From: an uncultured Bacilli bacterium
Lineage (GTDB): Bacteria > Bacillota_I > Bacilli_A > RF39 > UBA660
Direction: 5' to 3'
Assembly: GCA_934101865.1 (NCBI GenBank)
Contig: CAKOSA010000001.1
Location: 22,235 to 86,234, forward strand
Length of the DNA: 64,000 nt
Position 1 is the first letter of the stretch, and each line of letters opens with the position of its first letter. A program made the translations under genes and the position numbers. The notes under the pieces were generated by a model, which was not told the origin of the DNA, ran no database searches, and was given only the letters and a program-made list of their open reading frames with translations. Shown here piece after piece: positions 36,978-46,255 of the stretch.

Positions 36978-39515
36978 GTGTCATTTCATTCAAAAACGAA
37001 AGCGGGGAATAATATGGGAAAAGCGAGTAAATTTATGAAAGTATTTATAGTTATATGTATGATCATTACACAATTATCGCCTACCATTAGTGTGTTTGCA
37101 GATACAACCACTATGCAAGACGTAGACGTAAATGTTGATGTAGCAAACGATAACTATACAATTACAGCCACAGATTTAGTTGTAAATCCAGAAGAAACCT
37201 ATAGTATTGATTTAGTTGCTGAATTTATATACCAAAATGGTGAAGTTATCTATGCAAACGCTAATAAACCATATACTATTCAAAATATATTGGGTAGTGA
37301 GTTATTAGCGGGATATAAAATTAGTAATTTCAGTTCTATAGTAAGTACACTAGGATTTAACAATTGGACAGCTGGTTATGCGTATCAAGAAGAAAATGGT
37401 GAAACCATTTACTATAATGGTACATATAAGTTTACAGTTACAATTAAAAATAACAAAAATGAAGAAATAAGTATAGTCGAAACAACTAATAAAATAGAAA
37501 GTGATATAACTGAAAAAACAGGATATACATACTATGCTTATGAAACAAACGATGGTGTAGTTGGAAATATAACAAATGACCAAGAACCAATCAATTTAGG
37601 TGAAACTACGGAACAAATAACATTATATGGAAATCTTTATGAACCAAATGAAGCTCCCTATACAATCTATAAAGTAAGTGGAGCAGGATATGATGAAAGT
37701 AGAACATATACAAACTATCAGTTATTCAATGAAGACGGGATAATAACTTATAACTTTAAAGATAAACTACCAGGAACATACACATATAATGAAGTAGTAA
37801 CCCTAACAAAAGAGGACGGAACAAGTATTTCCTATCCCAAAGTATTAAAATTTAGGTATGGAACAAATTTAGATAGCATTCTCTCAAATGAAGAATATAC
37901 ATTTAAAGACGGTCTACTAATAACTGAAGGTTCATATAATAGTGTAATAAAAACTCGTAAAGGTTTAGTAGATTATGTAACAAATATAATAAATAATAGT
38001 AACTATAATGTGTCCATAGTTAACCAATCAAATTTAAATGTATATGATGAATCAGCCCTAACAACAGATGATAAATTAATAATAACATCATTAACAGATG
38101 AAAGCTATAATGAAACATATAATGTTATAGTAAAATACGATTATGATAATGATGGACAAGTTACATACTCTGACTTAGAAAACATTATTAATGAAAAACT
38201 AGGAAATAAAGAAGTATCAAAACAAACAAATTTAGGAGATGCATCTCAAAATCCAACTAAAGACACCATAACAAACGTCCAAAAGAAAATAGACAATGTT
38301 ACAAATATTACAGAACCAACTAGTCCACTAGAAATAACAACTTCTAGTGCAAGTGAAGTAATAAACGGAGAAGAACTGCGAGTAACATACAAATTAAACG
38401 GCAAAACAGATACAATTTCAGGGATAAATGGAACCCTAAATTACGATAAAGAAAATCTAACCCTAACAGATATTATCGTAAGTGATACCCTATCGGGAAC
38501 CATTAATACAAATACAGGTGAATTTCAGTACGTTGGTAATATAAATAATGGCGATGTACTAACCCTTGTATTTAAAGCTAAAAACCCAGTTGATAGTACA
38601 AATATAAGTATAAATAACTTAGAAATAAATAAATACGATTATACTTATAATTTAACAAATAATTCAAACTTAACATCAAATATAAAAATAAAGAAATCAA
38701 ATAATGCTTATTTAAAAACCCTAACTATTAAAGAAGCAGAAATAAATTTCCAAAAAGATGTATTTGAATACAATATAACCATACCAACTGATGTAGATAA
38801 ATTAACCATAAATTATGATGCTGAAATTGGTACATCATTAATTACATATAATAGTGATGATAACGGTAACTTTAAAATAAATGAAACCAAAACACTATAT
38901 ATAACTGTTTTAGCCGAAGACGATGTTACTGAACATACTTACAAAATAAACGTAACAAAAAAACAATCAAATGATAATAATATAAATGATATTAAAACAG
39001 ATAAAGGCAATTTAAATTTTGATGGAAATAAACAAAGTTATAATGTAAATGTTGATGCAAATACCGACCATTTAGATTTAAATATAGTACTTAGAAATAA
39101 CAAAGCAACATACACCATACTCGGAAATAGTAACTTTAAAGCCGGATTAAACCTTGTTACTATAAGAGTAGTTGCCGAAGATGGAACAATAAAAGAGTAT
39201 TATATTAGTGTAAATAAAGCATCATCAGGTGTTGAACAAGGAAATACCACAATACCCACTAATAATAATGGTAATCAAAATCCTACCCAAACTCAAAATA
39301 TTGCCGAAGAAGTAGTAGAAACCAAAACCGAAGACATCCAAAAATATACAAACGTTGATGATAAAGACAAAACAAGCAAAAAAGATAAAACAAAAATTAA
39401 AGAAGAGGATGCTGGAATTTCTCATATTATAATAATTATTTTAATACTACTTGTAATTGCTGGATTAATATATCTAATATTTAAAGATGATGAGGACGAA
39501 AAAAAACAAAAATAA
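36978..39515 (+). CDS. Large cell-surface protein: signal peptide, dockerin-like Ca-binding loop, two cadherin-like beta-sandwich domains, C-terminal TM anchor
   Basis: N-terminal signal (KFMKVFIVICMIITQLSPTISVFA). DYDNDGQVTYSD loop. Two modules ending ...ITVLAEDDVTEHTYKINVTK and ...IRVVAEDGTIKEYYISVNK, typical of cadherin-like beta-sandwich domains. C-terminal TM plus charged tail. GTG start with an AAGAGGA RBS. Confidence 0.55.
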   Translation: MSFHSKTKAGNNMGKASKFMKVFIVICMIITQLSPTISVFADTTTMQDVDVNVDVANDNYTITATDLVVNPEETYSIDLVAEFIYQNGEVIYANANKPYTIQNILGSELLAGYKISNFSSIVSTLGFNNWTAGYAYQEENGETIYYNGTYKFTVTIKNNKNEEISIVETTNKIESDITEKTGYTYYAYETNDGVVGNITNDQEPINLGETTEQITLYGNLYEPNEAPYTIYKVSGAGYDESRTYTNYQLFNEDGIITYNFKDKLPGTYTYNEVVTLTKEDGTSISYPKVLKFRYGTNLDSILSNEEYTFKDGLLITEGSYNSVIKTRKGLVDYVTNIINNSNYNVSIVNQSNLNVYDESALTTDDKLIITSLTDESYNETYNVIVKYDYDNDGQVTYSDLENIINEKLGNKEVSKQTNLGDASQNPTKDTITNVQKKIDNVTNITEPTSPLEITTSSASEVINGEELRVTYKLNGKTDTISGINGTLNYDKENLTLTDIIVSDTLSGTINTNTGEFQYVGNINNGDVLTLVFKAKNPVDSTNISINNLEINKYDYTYNLTNNSNLTSNIKIKKSNNAYLKTLTIKEAEINFQKDVFEYNITIPTDVDKLTINYDAEIGTSLITYNSDDNGNFKINETKTLYITVLAEDDVTEHTYKINVTKKQSNDNNINDIKTDKGNLNFDGNKQSYNVNVDANTDHLDLNIVLRNNKATYTILGNSNFKAGLNLVTIRVVAEDGTIKEYYISVNKASSGVEQGNTTIPTNNNGNQNPTQTQNIAEEVVETKTEDIQKYTNVDDKDKTSKKDKTKIKEEDAGISHIIIIILILLVIAGLIYLIFKDDEDEKKQK

Positions 39516-39551
39516 GAAACCATTAACTGATTATAAAAATTTCTATATTTA

Positions 39552-39589
39552 AAGAAACAAATACTCAGTTTAATGAGTTTCTTTTTTTC
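39552..39589 (+). terminator. Terminator after the surface protein gene
   Basis: AGAAAC...ACTCA-GTTTAA-TGAGTTTCT composite hairpin followed by TTTTTTT. Confidence 0.5.
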
Positions 39590-39649
39590 TTGCATTATCT
39601 ATAACAAATGTGTTAAAATATATATAAACACGAAAGGAGTGTATTACAA

Positions 39650-41602
39650 ATGTTTGAATTAGTATCAAAATTTAATCCTAGTGGTGACCAACCCGAAGCC
39701 ATAAAAAAATTAGTAGATGGAATAAAAAATGGGGAAAAAGAACAAGTACTACTAGGAGCAACCGGAACAGGAAAAACCTTTACCATAGCAAATGTCATAA
39801 AGGAAGTAAATAAACCAACTCTAGTTCTTGCCCATAATAAAACCCTTGCAGGACAGTTATACTCCGAATTCAAAGAACTATTTCCGAATAATCACGTATG
39901 CTATTTTGTATCTTATTATGATTACTACCAGCCCGAAGCCTATGTACCAAGTACAGATACATATATAGAAAAAGATAGTAGTATTAATGATGAAATAGAC
40001 GAATTAAGACACTATGCAACATCATCATTAATATCAAATAAAGATGTAATAGTAGTTTCCTCCGTATCTTGCATATATGGAATAGGAGAACCCGAAGAAT
40101 ATAAAAACAAAATGTTAACCCTTGCCATAAATGAAGATATAGAAAGAGATTATGTATTAAAAAAATTAGTAGATATGTTATATGAAAGAAATGATATTGA
40201 TTTAAAAAGAGGCACATTTCGTGCTAAAGGTGATGTCATAGAAATAATACCCGCCTCTGAAAGAAAAAGTGGAATAATGATAGAATTTTTTGGCGATACC
40301 ATAGATAGAATAAGCGAATTTGATACCCTAACCGGAAAAATAATTAGAAACAAAAAATCAGTAAGTATCTTCCCAGCCTCTCACTTTGTAACCAGTGATG
40401 AAAAATTAGAAAAAGCCATTCAAAATATTAAAGAAGAACTAGAAGAACGCTTAAAATATTTTAAAGAAAATAATAAATTAATTGAGGAACAAAGATTAAG
40501 AGAACGAACCAATTACGATATAGAAATGCTTAAAGAAACAGGATTTTGTAGCGGAATAGAAAACTATTCTCGTCATATTGCTCTAAGGAAAGAAGGAGAA
40601 ACACCCACGACTTTGATAGACTTCTTTGGAAAAGATTTTCTACTTGTAATAGACGAATCCCACGTGACTATACCCCAAGTAAAAGCAATGTATAATGGAG
40701 ATAGAGCTAGAAAACAAAATCTTGTAGATTATGGGTTCCGTCTTCCATCAGCTCTTGATAATAGACCCTTGAAATTTACCGAGTTTGAAGAAAAAGTAAA
40801 CGATGTAATATACGTTTCTGCCACACCAGGAGATTATGAAATGGAAAAAGTACATAATAAAGTGGTAGAACAAATAATAAGACCAACAGGATTATTAGAC
40901 CCAACTATTGAAGTAAAACCAACTAAAAATCAAATTGATGATTTAGTTGAAGAAATAAATAAACGCATCGAGCAAAACGAACGCATACTCATAACAACCC
41001 TCACTATAAGAATGGCCGAAGAATTAACTGATTACTTAAAAAATATTGATATCAAAGTAGCATATCTTCATAGTGAAGTAAAAACTCTCCAAAGACTAAA
41101 AATAATTCACGATTTACGTTGTGGAATATATGATGTAGTAGTAGGAATAAATCTTTTACGAGAAGGAATTGATATTCCCGAAGTGTCTCTTATAGCAATA
41201 ATGGATGCCGACAAACAAGGATTTTTAAGAAGTACACGAAGTTTAATTCAAACTATTGGTCGTTGTGCTAGAAATAGTAAAGGACACGTCATAATGTATG
41301 CCGATACCATAACAGATAGTATGAACGAAGCCATAACAGAAACAAAAAGAAGAAGAAACATCCAAGAAGAGTATAACAAAAAGCACGGAATAATACCAAA
41401 AACTATTATGAAAGAGATACGTGATGTCATAAGTAATGATGATGAAACCAAAGAAAAAGAACAAAAAACAGTCCTAACTAAGGCTGAAACACAAAAAATG
41501 ATAGTGAATTTAACTAAGGAAATGAAAGAAGCTGCAAGTCGTCTCGACTTCGAAAAAGCAACTGAATTAAGGGATATTATCTTTGAATTAAAATCCAACT
41601 AA
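39650..41602 (+). CDS. uvrB: Excinuclease ABC subunit B (UvrB); uvrA not adjacent
   Basis: N-terminus [17 protein letters not shown], Walker A GATGTGKT, helicase motifs, a beta-hairpin region and the C-terminal UvrB/UvrC interaction motif ([10 protein letters not shown]). 650 aa. Confidence 0.95.
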   Translation: MFELVSKFNPSGDQPEAIKKLVDGIKNGEKEQVLLGATGTGKTFTIANVIKEVNKPTLVLAHNKTLAGQLYSEFKELFPNNHVCYFVSYYDYYQPEAYVPSTDTYIEKDSSINDEIDELRHYATSSLISNKDVIVVSSVSCIYGIGEPEEYKNKMLTLAINEDIERDYVLKKLVDMLYERNDIDLKRGTFRAKGDVIEIIPASERKSGIMIEFFGDTIDRISEFDTLTGKIIRNKKSVSIFPASHFVTSDEKLEKAIQNIKEELEERLKYFKENNKLIEEQRLRERTNYDIEMLKETGFCSGIENYSRHIALRKEGETPTTLIDFFGKDFLLVIDESHVTIPQVKAMYNGDRARKQNLVDYGFRLPSALDNRPLKFTEFEEKVNDVIYVSATPGDYEMEKVHNKVVEQIIRPTGLLDPTIEVKPTKNQIDDLVEEINKRIEQNERILITTLTIRMAEELTDYLKNIDIKVAYLHSEVKTLQRLKIIHDLRCGIYDVVVGINLLREGIDIPEVSLIAIMDADKQGFLRSTRSLIQTIGRCARNSKGHVIMYADTITDSMNEAITETKRRRNIQEEYNKKHGIIPKTIMKEIRDVISNDDETKEKEQKTVLTKAETQKMIVNLTKEMKEAASRLDFEKATELRDIIFELKSN

Positions 41603-41744
41603 GATGATATTCTTTTTTTTAAAAAATATCAAAAAATAAAACAAATGTATTGACAAGTAATTAAAATAGTAATACAATATACAAGCAAGTTTAAAAACAG
41701 CCAACCAGTTAGATGAGGGGGCAACAAATAAGGAGGCAATAAGT

Positions 41745-42701
41745 GTGAGAAGAAATAATGAAGAAATAATGCAAAAAGAACAAGAATTAATAAAAAATAT
41801 AAATAACTTAAATAATAGTATCAATCAAAAGAAAATAGATATTGAGGAATTAGAAGTTACTCCGAAAATGAAACATATAAGAGACCAAATAAAAGTATTA
41901 AAAGAAAAAAAGGATTTACTTAAAAAGGATGCAAGAAAAGATCCAACATTTATGTCAACTAATGAAATAATACTATCCTTGGGTGTAGCTCTTATGATTA
42001 CATCATTAATTGTCATTTTTCTAAAAAATCCAGTATTATATGCAGCAATAGTTATTCCAACAGGAATTGGAGCTATTAAGTTTCGAAAAAATATTAATTG
42101 GCTTTTAAAATATTTTATAACGGATGTCAAGATGAATAGATTATCAGTAATTAATAACATTCTTACGAGAACCAGAAAAAACAGGACAAAGAAAATTACA
42201 AAAGAACACTATAATGATTTACACAGATACGAAAAAGATAAAGAATTAAACGTAAATGAGTTAGTAGAACTAAAAGAAGAACAACTTGAAACATACAATG
42301 AAGACAAAGAAAAAAGAGAAGATGTAACTACTCTTGAAAAAACAATAAAGCTTATAGATGCCATAGTCCTTAATAAAAGTTTCAAAAAGAACATTGAAGA
42401 TATTAATAATGTTGTTTTAATGTTAAGAGGATATATTAAAACCTTAGATATACCAGTTCAATTAGAATTGACTGAAAGAATAGCTTTCCACTATGAAAAT
42501 GCTATAAAATTAGCTATAAATAATGGCGATTTAGACAAAATGACACTAAAAACAATTCATCATTCTTATATAACCAACATTTTACTAAATAACGGATTAT
42601 CTGTAAAAGAAATAAAAGAAAATAGAAATATAACAGATACCCTTATTAAAACATTACAAAAAGAACCAGTTAAATTAAAGACGAGAACAAAGCAGAGGTA
42701 A
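41745..42701 (+). CDS. Hypothetical membrane protein with an N-terminal coiled coil and two TM helices
   Basis: AGGAGG RBS. Coiled-coil-like N-terminus, two central TM helices, Lys-rich. No confident domain. Confidence 0.4.
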   Translation: MRRNNEEIMQKEQELIKNINNLNNSINQKKIDIEELEVTPKMKHIRDQIKVLKEKKDLLKKDARKDPTFMSTNEIILSLGVALMITSLIVIFLKNPVLYAAIVIPTGIGAIKFRKNINWLLKYFITDVKMNRLSVINNILTRTRKNRTKKITKEHYNDLHRYEKDKELNVNELVELKEEQLETYNEDKEKREDVTTLEKTIKLIDAIVLNKSFKKNIEDINNVVLMLRGYIKTLDIPVQLELTERIAFHYENAIKLAINNGDLDKMTLKTIHHSYITNILLNNGLSVKEIKENRNITDTLIKTLQKEPVKLKTRTKQR

Positions 42702-42703
42702 AA

Positions 42704-43294
42704 ATGAAGGAAACAAAGATAAAAAAATTACTAAGGAAAATACTTTTTAAACAAAGAATAGTAGTAGAAGACATAACATCTCCAACCTTAGAAGCAAATG
42801 CAATCTTTCAAATTACAGACGACGAGGAAATATTATCATCAGAAAATAGCCAAGTCCATTCGGTAAAATCAAACGTAAATTATGATACTGTTGTCAAAAT
42901 ACGAACCCTAGCAGATAATTTATATTCAGAAGAGCAAGAAAAATTAAAAAATATAATTCTTTTAATGGATACACTCTATCTAGAAGAAACTTTTGCCGAA
43001 AACGTAAAATATTTGGAAGAAATAAATAAACAAATTAGTAAAATAGTAACTAACTTTAATCCTCAAAATAAAGAACAAATAGAAATAAAAATAACTGAGA
43101 AATATCAAGAAGTGATACAGGAAGCCATTTTAAACAAAGATTTTGAAGAAAATATATTAAGGCAAATTCCCGCAAAATATATAATAAATATCTTTATAAA
43201 AAAAGGTTCTCCCGAAATTACTGATCCATATAAAATCGTGGCAAAAAAGGTTGAGGTCGAACATACTAAAATGAAAATACTGGGTCATTTCTAG
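42704..43294 (+). CDS. Hypothetical cytoplasmic protein
   Basis: Immediately follows the previous gene with a 2-nt gap. No TM and no known motif. Confidence 0.35.
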   Translation: MKETKIKKLLRKILFKQRIVVEDITSPTLEANAIFQITDDEEILSSENSQVHSVKSNVNYDTVVKIRTLADNLYSEEQEKLKNIILLMDTLYLEETFAENVKYLEEINKQISKIVTNFNPQNKEQIEIKITEKYQEVIQEAILNKDFEENILRQIPAKYIINIFIKKGSPEITDPYKIVAKKVEVEHTKMKILGHF

Positions 43295-43377
43295 TATTTT
43301 TTTCTTTTTTAAAAGCCTTGCATTTAAATTTAACTTATGATATCATTATATTAGAAAAATAAAGAAGGTGACTAATA

Positions 43378-43938
43378 GTGAAAGATCAAACCGACAAAAA
43401 AAATATGTATTATGTAATAATGCTCGTTATGACATTAATAATAATGCTAATAGGAGTAACATTTGCCCTTTATGGAATACTAAAATCAGCCAAAGAAGAT
43501 TCCACCAAACTATATACCGGTAAAATAGAAATTAATTACAAAGATGGAACCTATATCAAAAATCCAAACTTATGGCCAACTACCGAACCATCCTTTTCAG
43601 TAACATCTGACAAAGTATACAAAAATAACTTTTCAGTAATAAGTAGCAGTACTATTGACCAAACAATTGATGTAAAATTAAATATAAATATTAACGAATT
43701 TTCTTCGGACGCCATAAAATATTCCCTTTATAATTCCAAGGGAGATAAACTAAATACCGGAACTGTTCCAAATAATGGAAGCATTACAATTTTGTCAAAT
43801 AACTATCTAGCCAAAGATGCTGTCGCCGATTACACACTAATAATATGGCTTGATGAAAAAAACTATAATCAAAATAATGAACAAGGGAAAAAATTACAAG
43901 CCACCATTGAAGTAAATGCACAGCAAATCAAATACTAA
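43378..43938 (+). CDS. TasA/camelysin-like protein with a SipW-cognate-type signal anchor (short paralog C, N-terminal domain only)
   Basis: KKNMYYVIMLVMTLIIMLIGVTFALYGILKSAKEDSTKLYTGKIEINY signal. YIKNPNLWPTTEPSFS resembles the TasA NLSNLKPGD block. The domain end YTLIIWLDEKNY parallels YALYIYIDG in paralog A and YKLYIWIDG in paralog B. Confidence 0.55.
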   Translation: MKDQTDKKNMYYVIMLVMTLIIMLIGVTFALYGILKSAKEDSTKLYTGKIEINYKDGTYIKNPNLWPTTEPSFSVTSDKVYKNNFSVISSSTIDQTIDVKLNININEFSSDAIKYSLYNSKGDKLNTGTVPNNGSITILSNNYLAKDAVADYTLIIWLDEKNYNQNNEQGKKLQATIEVNAQQIKY

Positions 43939-43994
43939 GATTTGCTTTTTTCTTTCCTTTATGGTATAATACCTTCCTGCTAAGGAGGAAAAAT

Positions 43995-44693
43995 ATGAAA
44001 ATAGATGTAGCAAAACTAAAACCATTAGAACATGGTGAAGGCAAATTTGGGAAATGCTATATATTAGACGAAGAAACCATCTATAAAGAATTTAAACCAG
44101 TTATAGATGAAGAACTAATAATTTGCAAAGAAAGTTTAGTACCGCTAGTTGGCAAAGAAAACGACACATTCATATTACCTAAATACTTAAATTGTGAAGA
44201 TGAAATACTACTCGGATATACAATGAGATATATAAATGCTCCCTGTCTAAGAAGATTAGGTCATAACATATCCCTATCAAAATTAGCCCTTGCAACTCCA
44301 AAAGTATATCAGGATATAGAAAACTTATCAGATAACAAAATAATCACAGCCGATGTAAATGATAGAAACATATTATTTGGTGAAAATATCCATATAATTG
44401 ACTCAGATTTTTATACCGTAGGAGATGACCGTGCTAAAATATTACTTGAAAATCGAAAAAATTATAACCAAGCCATAATGTCATATATATGTGAAACAAG
44501 TATGACCAAAAATGAAATAGAAAAATTTATTATGAGCGACTTTTATCTAAAATACCTCTATAATCTTCTCGAAAGTGGAGGCTCTAAGGAAGCGATGGTG
44601 GGATTTCTTACAACACTTAAAATGAAGGTAAGTGAGTATGCGGGCAGAGAAGTCGATAACCTAAAAGATGTATATAAAATACTAAAAAAATAA
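43995..44693 (+). CDS. Protein-kinase-like fold protein (CotS/phosphotransferase-like)
   Basis: Gly-rich GEGKFGKCY, a D-x-N-x-x-N catalytic-loop-like DVNDRNILF, and a DFG-like IIDSDFY. Lies next to sporulation genes. Tentative. Confidence 0.4.
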   Translation: MKIDVAKLKPLEHGEGKFGKCYILDEETIYKEFKPVIDEELIICKESLVPLVGKENDTFILPKYLNCEDEILLGYTMRYINAPCLRRLGHNISLSKLALATPKVYQDIENLSDNKIITADVNDRNILFGENIHIIDSDFYTVGDDRAKILLENRKNYNQAIMSYICETSMTKNEIEKFIMSDFYLKYLYNLLESGGSKEAMVGFLTTLKMKVSEYAGREVDNLKDVYKILKK

Positions 44694-44708
44694 TTTAGTA
44701 TTTTTTTC
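44677..44708 (+). terminator. AT-rich terminator hairpin overlapping the stop of the kinase-like gene
   Basis: AAATACTAAA-AAAATAA-TTTAGTATTT 10-bp stem followed by TTTTTT. Confidence 0.5.
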
Positions 44709-44746
44709 TTCTCTATACATATATTTAACTAGAAAGGAATGATAAA

Positions 44747-45007
44747 ATGGAAACACTAAAAGTATCATCAAAGTCAAATCCAAGTTCAGTAGCTGGAGCA
44801 TTAGCCAATGTTTTTAGAGAGAAAGACAGCGTAGAAGTGCAAGCCGTAGGAGCAGGAGCCCTTAATCAGGCCATAAAAGCTATAGCTATTGCTAGAGGTT
44901 TTGTTGCACCTACCGGAAAAAATCTCGTTTGCATTCCAGCATTTACCGATATAACCATCGACGGAGACGAACGAACCGCTATAAAACTAATCGTAGAGGC
45001 AAAATAA
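44747..45007 (+). CDS. spoVS: Stage V sporulation protein S
   Basis: 86 aa, near-identical in pattern to Bacillus SpoVS as recalled (LKVSSKSNPSSVAGALA...GAGALNQAIKAIAIARGFVAP...CIPAFTDI..DG.ERTAIKLIVE). Confidence 0.9.
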   Translation: METLKVSSKSNPSSVAGALANVFREKDSVEVQAVGAGALNQAIKAIAIARGFVAPTGKNLVCIPAFTDITIDGDERTAIKLIVEAK

Positions 45008-45077
45008 CCTCTTTTTTTCATATAATTGCCCATTCTCAAATCTAGGAAAAACATACTATATAGGGAAGGGAGAAAAA

Positions 45078-45575
45078 ATGAATAATTTTGAAAATTTTTT
45101 TAATATGTCGCCAGCTGGTGATATGAATTATGTAACCGATATAAATAAAATGATGACAGATATGAACTACCAAAATATGCCAACTCAAATGCCTTATAAG
45201 TCCACTAGTTCAAGTACTGCTTCATCTTTAACCAATCCTGATATTGGTTTCAAACGAGGAAATATGTTTAACAATCAATATGAAGAGTATAAAGGATATA
45301 TGCCCGCTTCGCTAAACCCTACGGGAGCCCAAGAAAAAGAATTAAACACCCTAAGGGAACTAAAATTCGCTCTAGTTGATTTAGACCTCTATTTAGATAC
45401 ACATCCCAATGATACTGAAACAATCAATATCTATAATACATATCTAAATGAAGAAAAAAGACTATGCAGTGAATACGAAAGAAAATATGGCCCCCTCACC
45501 CTAGATAGTCCCTATCTATTAAATAGAACGTGGCTTTGGAGTGAAGGAAAATGGCCTTGGGAGGCGAGAATATAA
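45078..45575 (+). CDS. cotJB: Spore coat protein CotJB with an N-terminal extension of about 85 aa (possible CotJA-CotJB fusion)
   Basis: The C-terminal half carries the CotJB signature (LDLYLDTHPND...YGPLT...W.W.EG.WPWE). The N-terminal half is Met/Asn/Tyr-rich low-complexity sequence. 165 aa, against roughly 87 aa for B. subtilis CotJB. Confidence 0.7.
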   Translation: MNNFENFFNMSPAGDMNYVTDINKMMTDMNYQNMPTQMPYKSTSSSTASSLTNPDIGFKRGNMFNNQYEEYKGYMPASLNPTGAQEKELNTLRELKFALVDLDLYLDTHPNDTETINIYNTYLNEEKRLCSEYERKYGPLTLDSPYLLNRTWLWSEGKWPWEARI

Positions 45576-46132
45576 TGTGGAAATATGAAAAAATGTTACA
45601 ATATCCCGTAAATATAAAAAAGAAAAATTTAAAATTTGCCAAATATCTAATAACACAATACGGAGGCAGTAACGGCGAGCTAGGAGCGGCCCTAAGATAC
45701 CTAAATCAAAGATATACGATGCCAGATAGTAGGGGAAAAGCACTACTAACAGATATAGGAACCGAAGAACTAGGTCACGTAGAAATGATATCAGCAATGG
45801 AATACCAATTATTACAAGGAGCAACCCCCAAAGAATTAGAAGAAGCTGGACTAGGAGGTAACTATGCTGAACACCGAACATCCCTATACCCAACCGATGC
45901 AAGTGGCGTACCATTCACCGTATCATATTTTGCAACTACCGGTGACCCCATTGCTGACCTATCCGAAGATATGGCTGCTGAACAAAAAGCCCGAGCCGTA
46001 TACGAAAGCCTAATAAACTTAACCAACGACCCCGATATCGTCGGACCACTCCTATTTCTAAGACAAAGAGAAGTAATACACTTTAATAGATTTAAAGAAT
46101 TATACGATTATTACAAGAAAACAAACAAATAA
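45551..46132 (+). CDS. cotJC: Spore coat protein CotJC (manganese catalase family)
   Basis: MWKYEKMLQYPVN...YGGSNGELGAALRYLNQRYTMPD...TDIGTEELGHVEMI... closely matches CotJC/Mn-catalase as recalled. Overlaps cotJB by 25 nt. Confidence 0.85.
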   Translation: MALGGENIMWKYEKMLQYPVNIKKKNLKFAKYLITQYGGSNGELGAALRYLNQRYTMPDSRGKALLTDIGTEELGHVEMISAMEYQLLQGATPKELEEAGLGGNYAEHRTSLYPTDASGVPFTVSYFATTGDPIADLSEDMAAEQKARAVYESLINLTNDPDIVGPLLFLRQREVIHFNRFKELYDYYKKTNK

Positions 46133-46255
46133 CAAAGAATTTTCTCAATACGGGAAAATTTTTTAATTGCCACTTCCCATAGGGCCCCAAAAAAACTATT
46201 GAAAATATCACCATACTATGATAAAATGATATTAAAGTAAGGATAGGTGATACGT

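Noticed and set aside
41745-43294. Candidate SipW-type signal peptidase near the TasA-like gene at 43378
   Set aside because: Neither upstream protein has the signal-peptidase I S-box (SxSMxP) or K/H-box motifs. 42704 has no TM segment. No sipW lies in this window.
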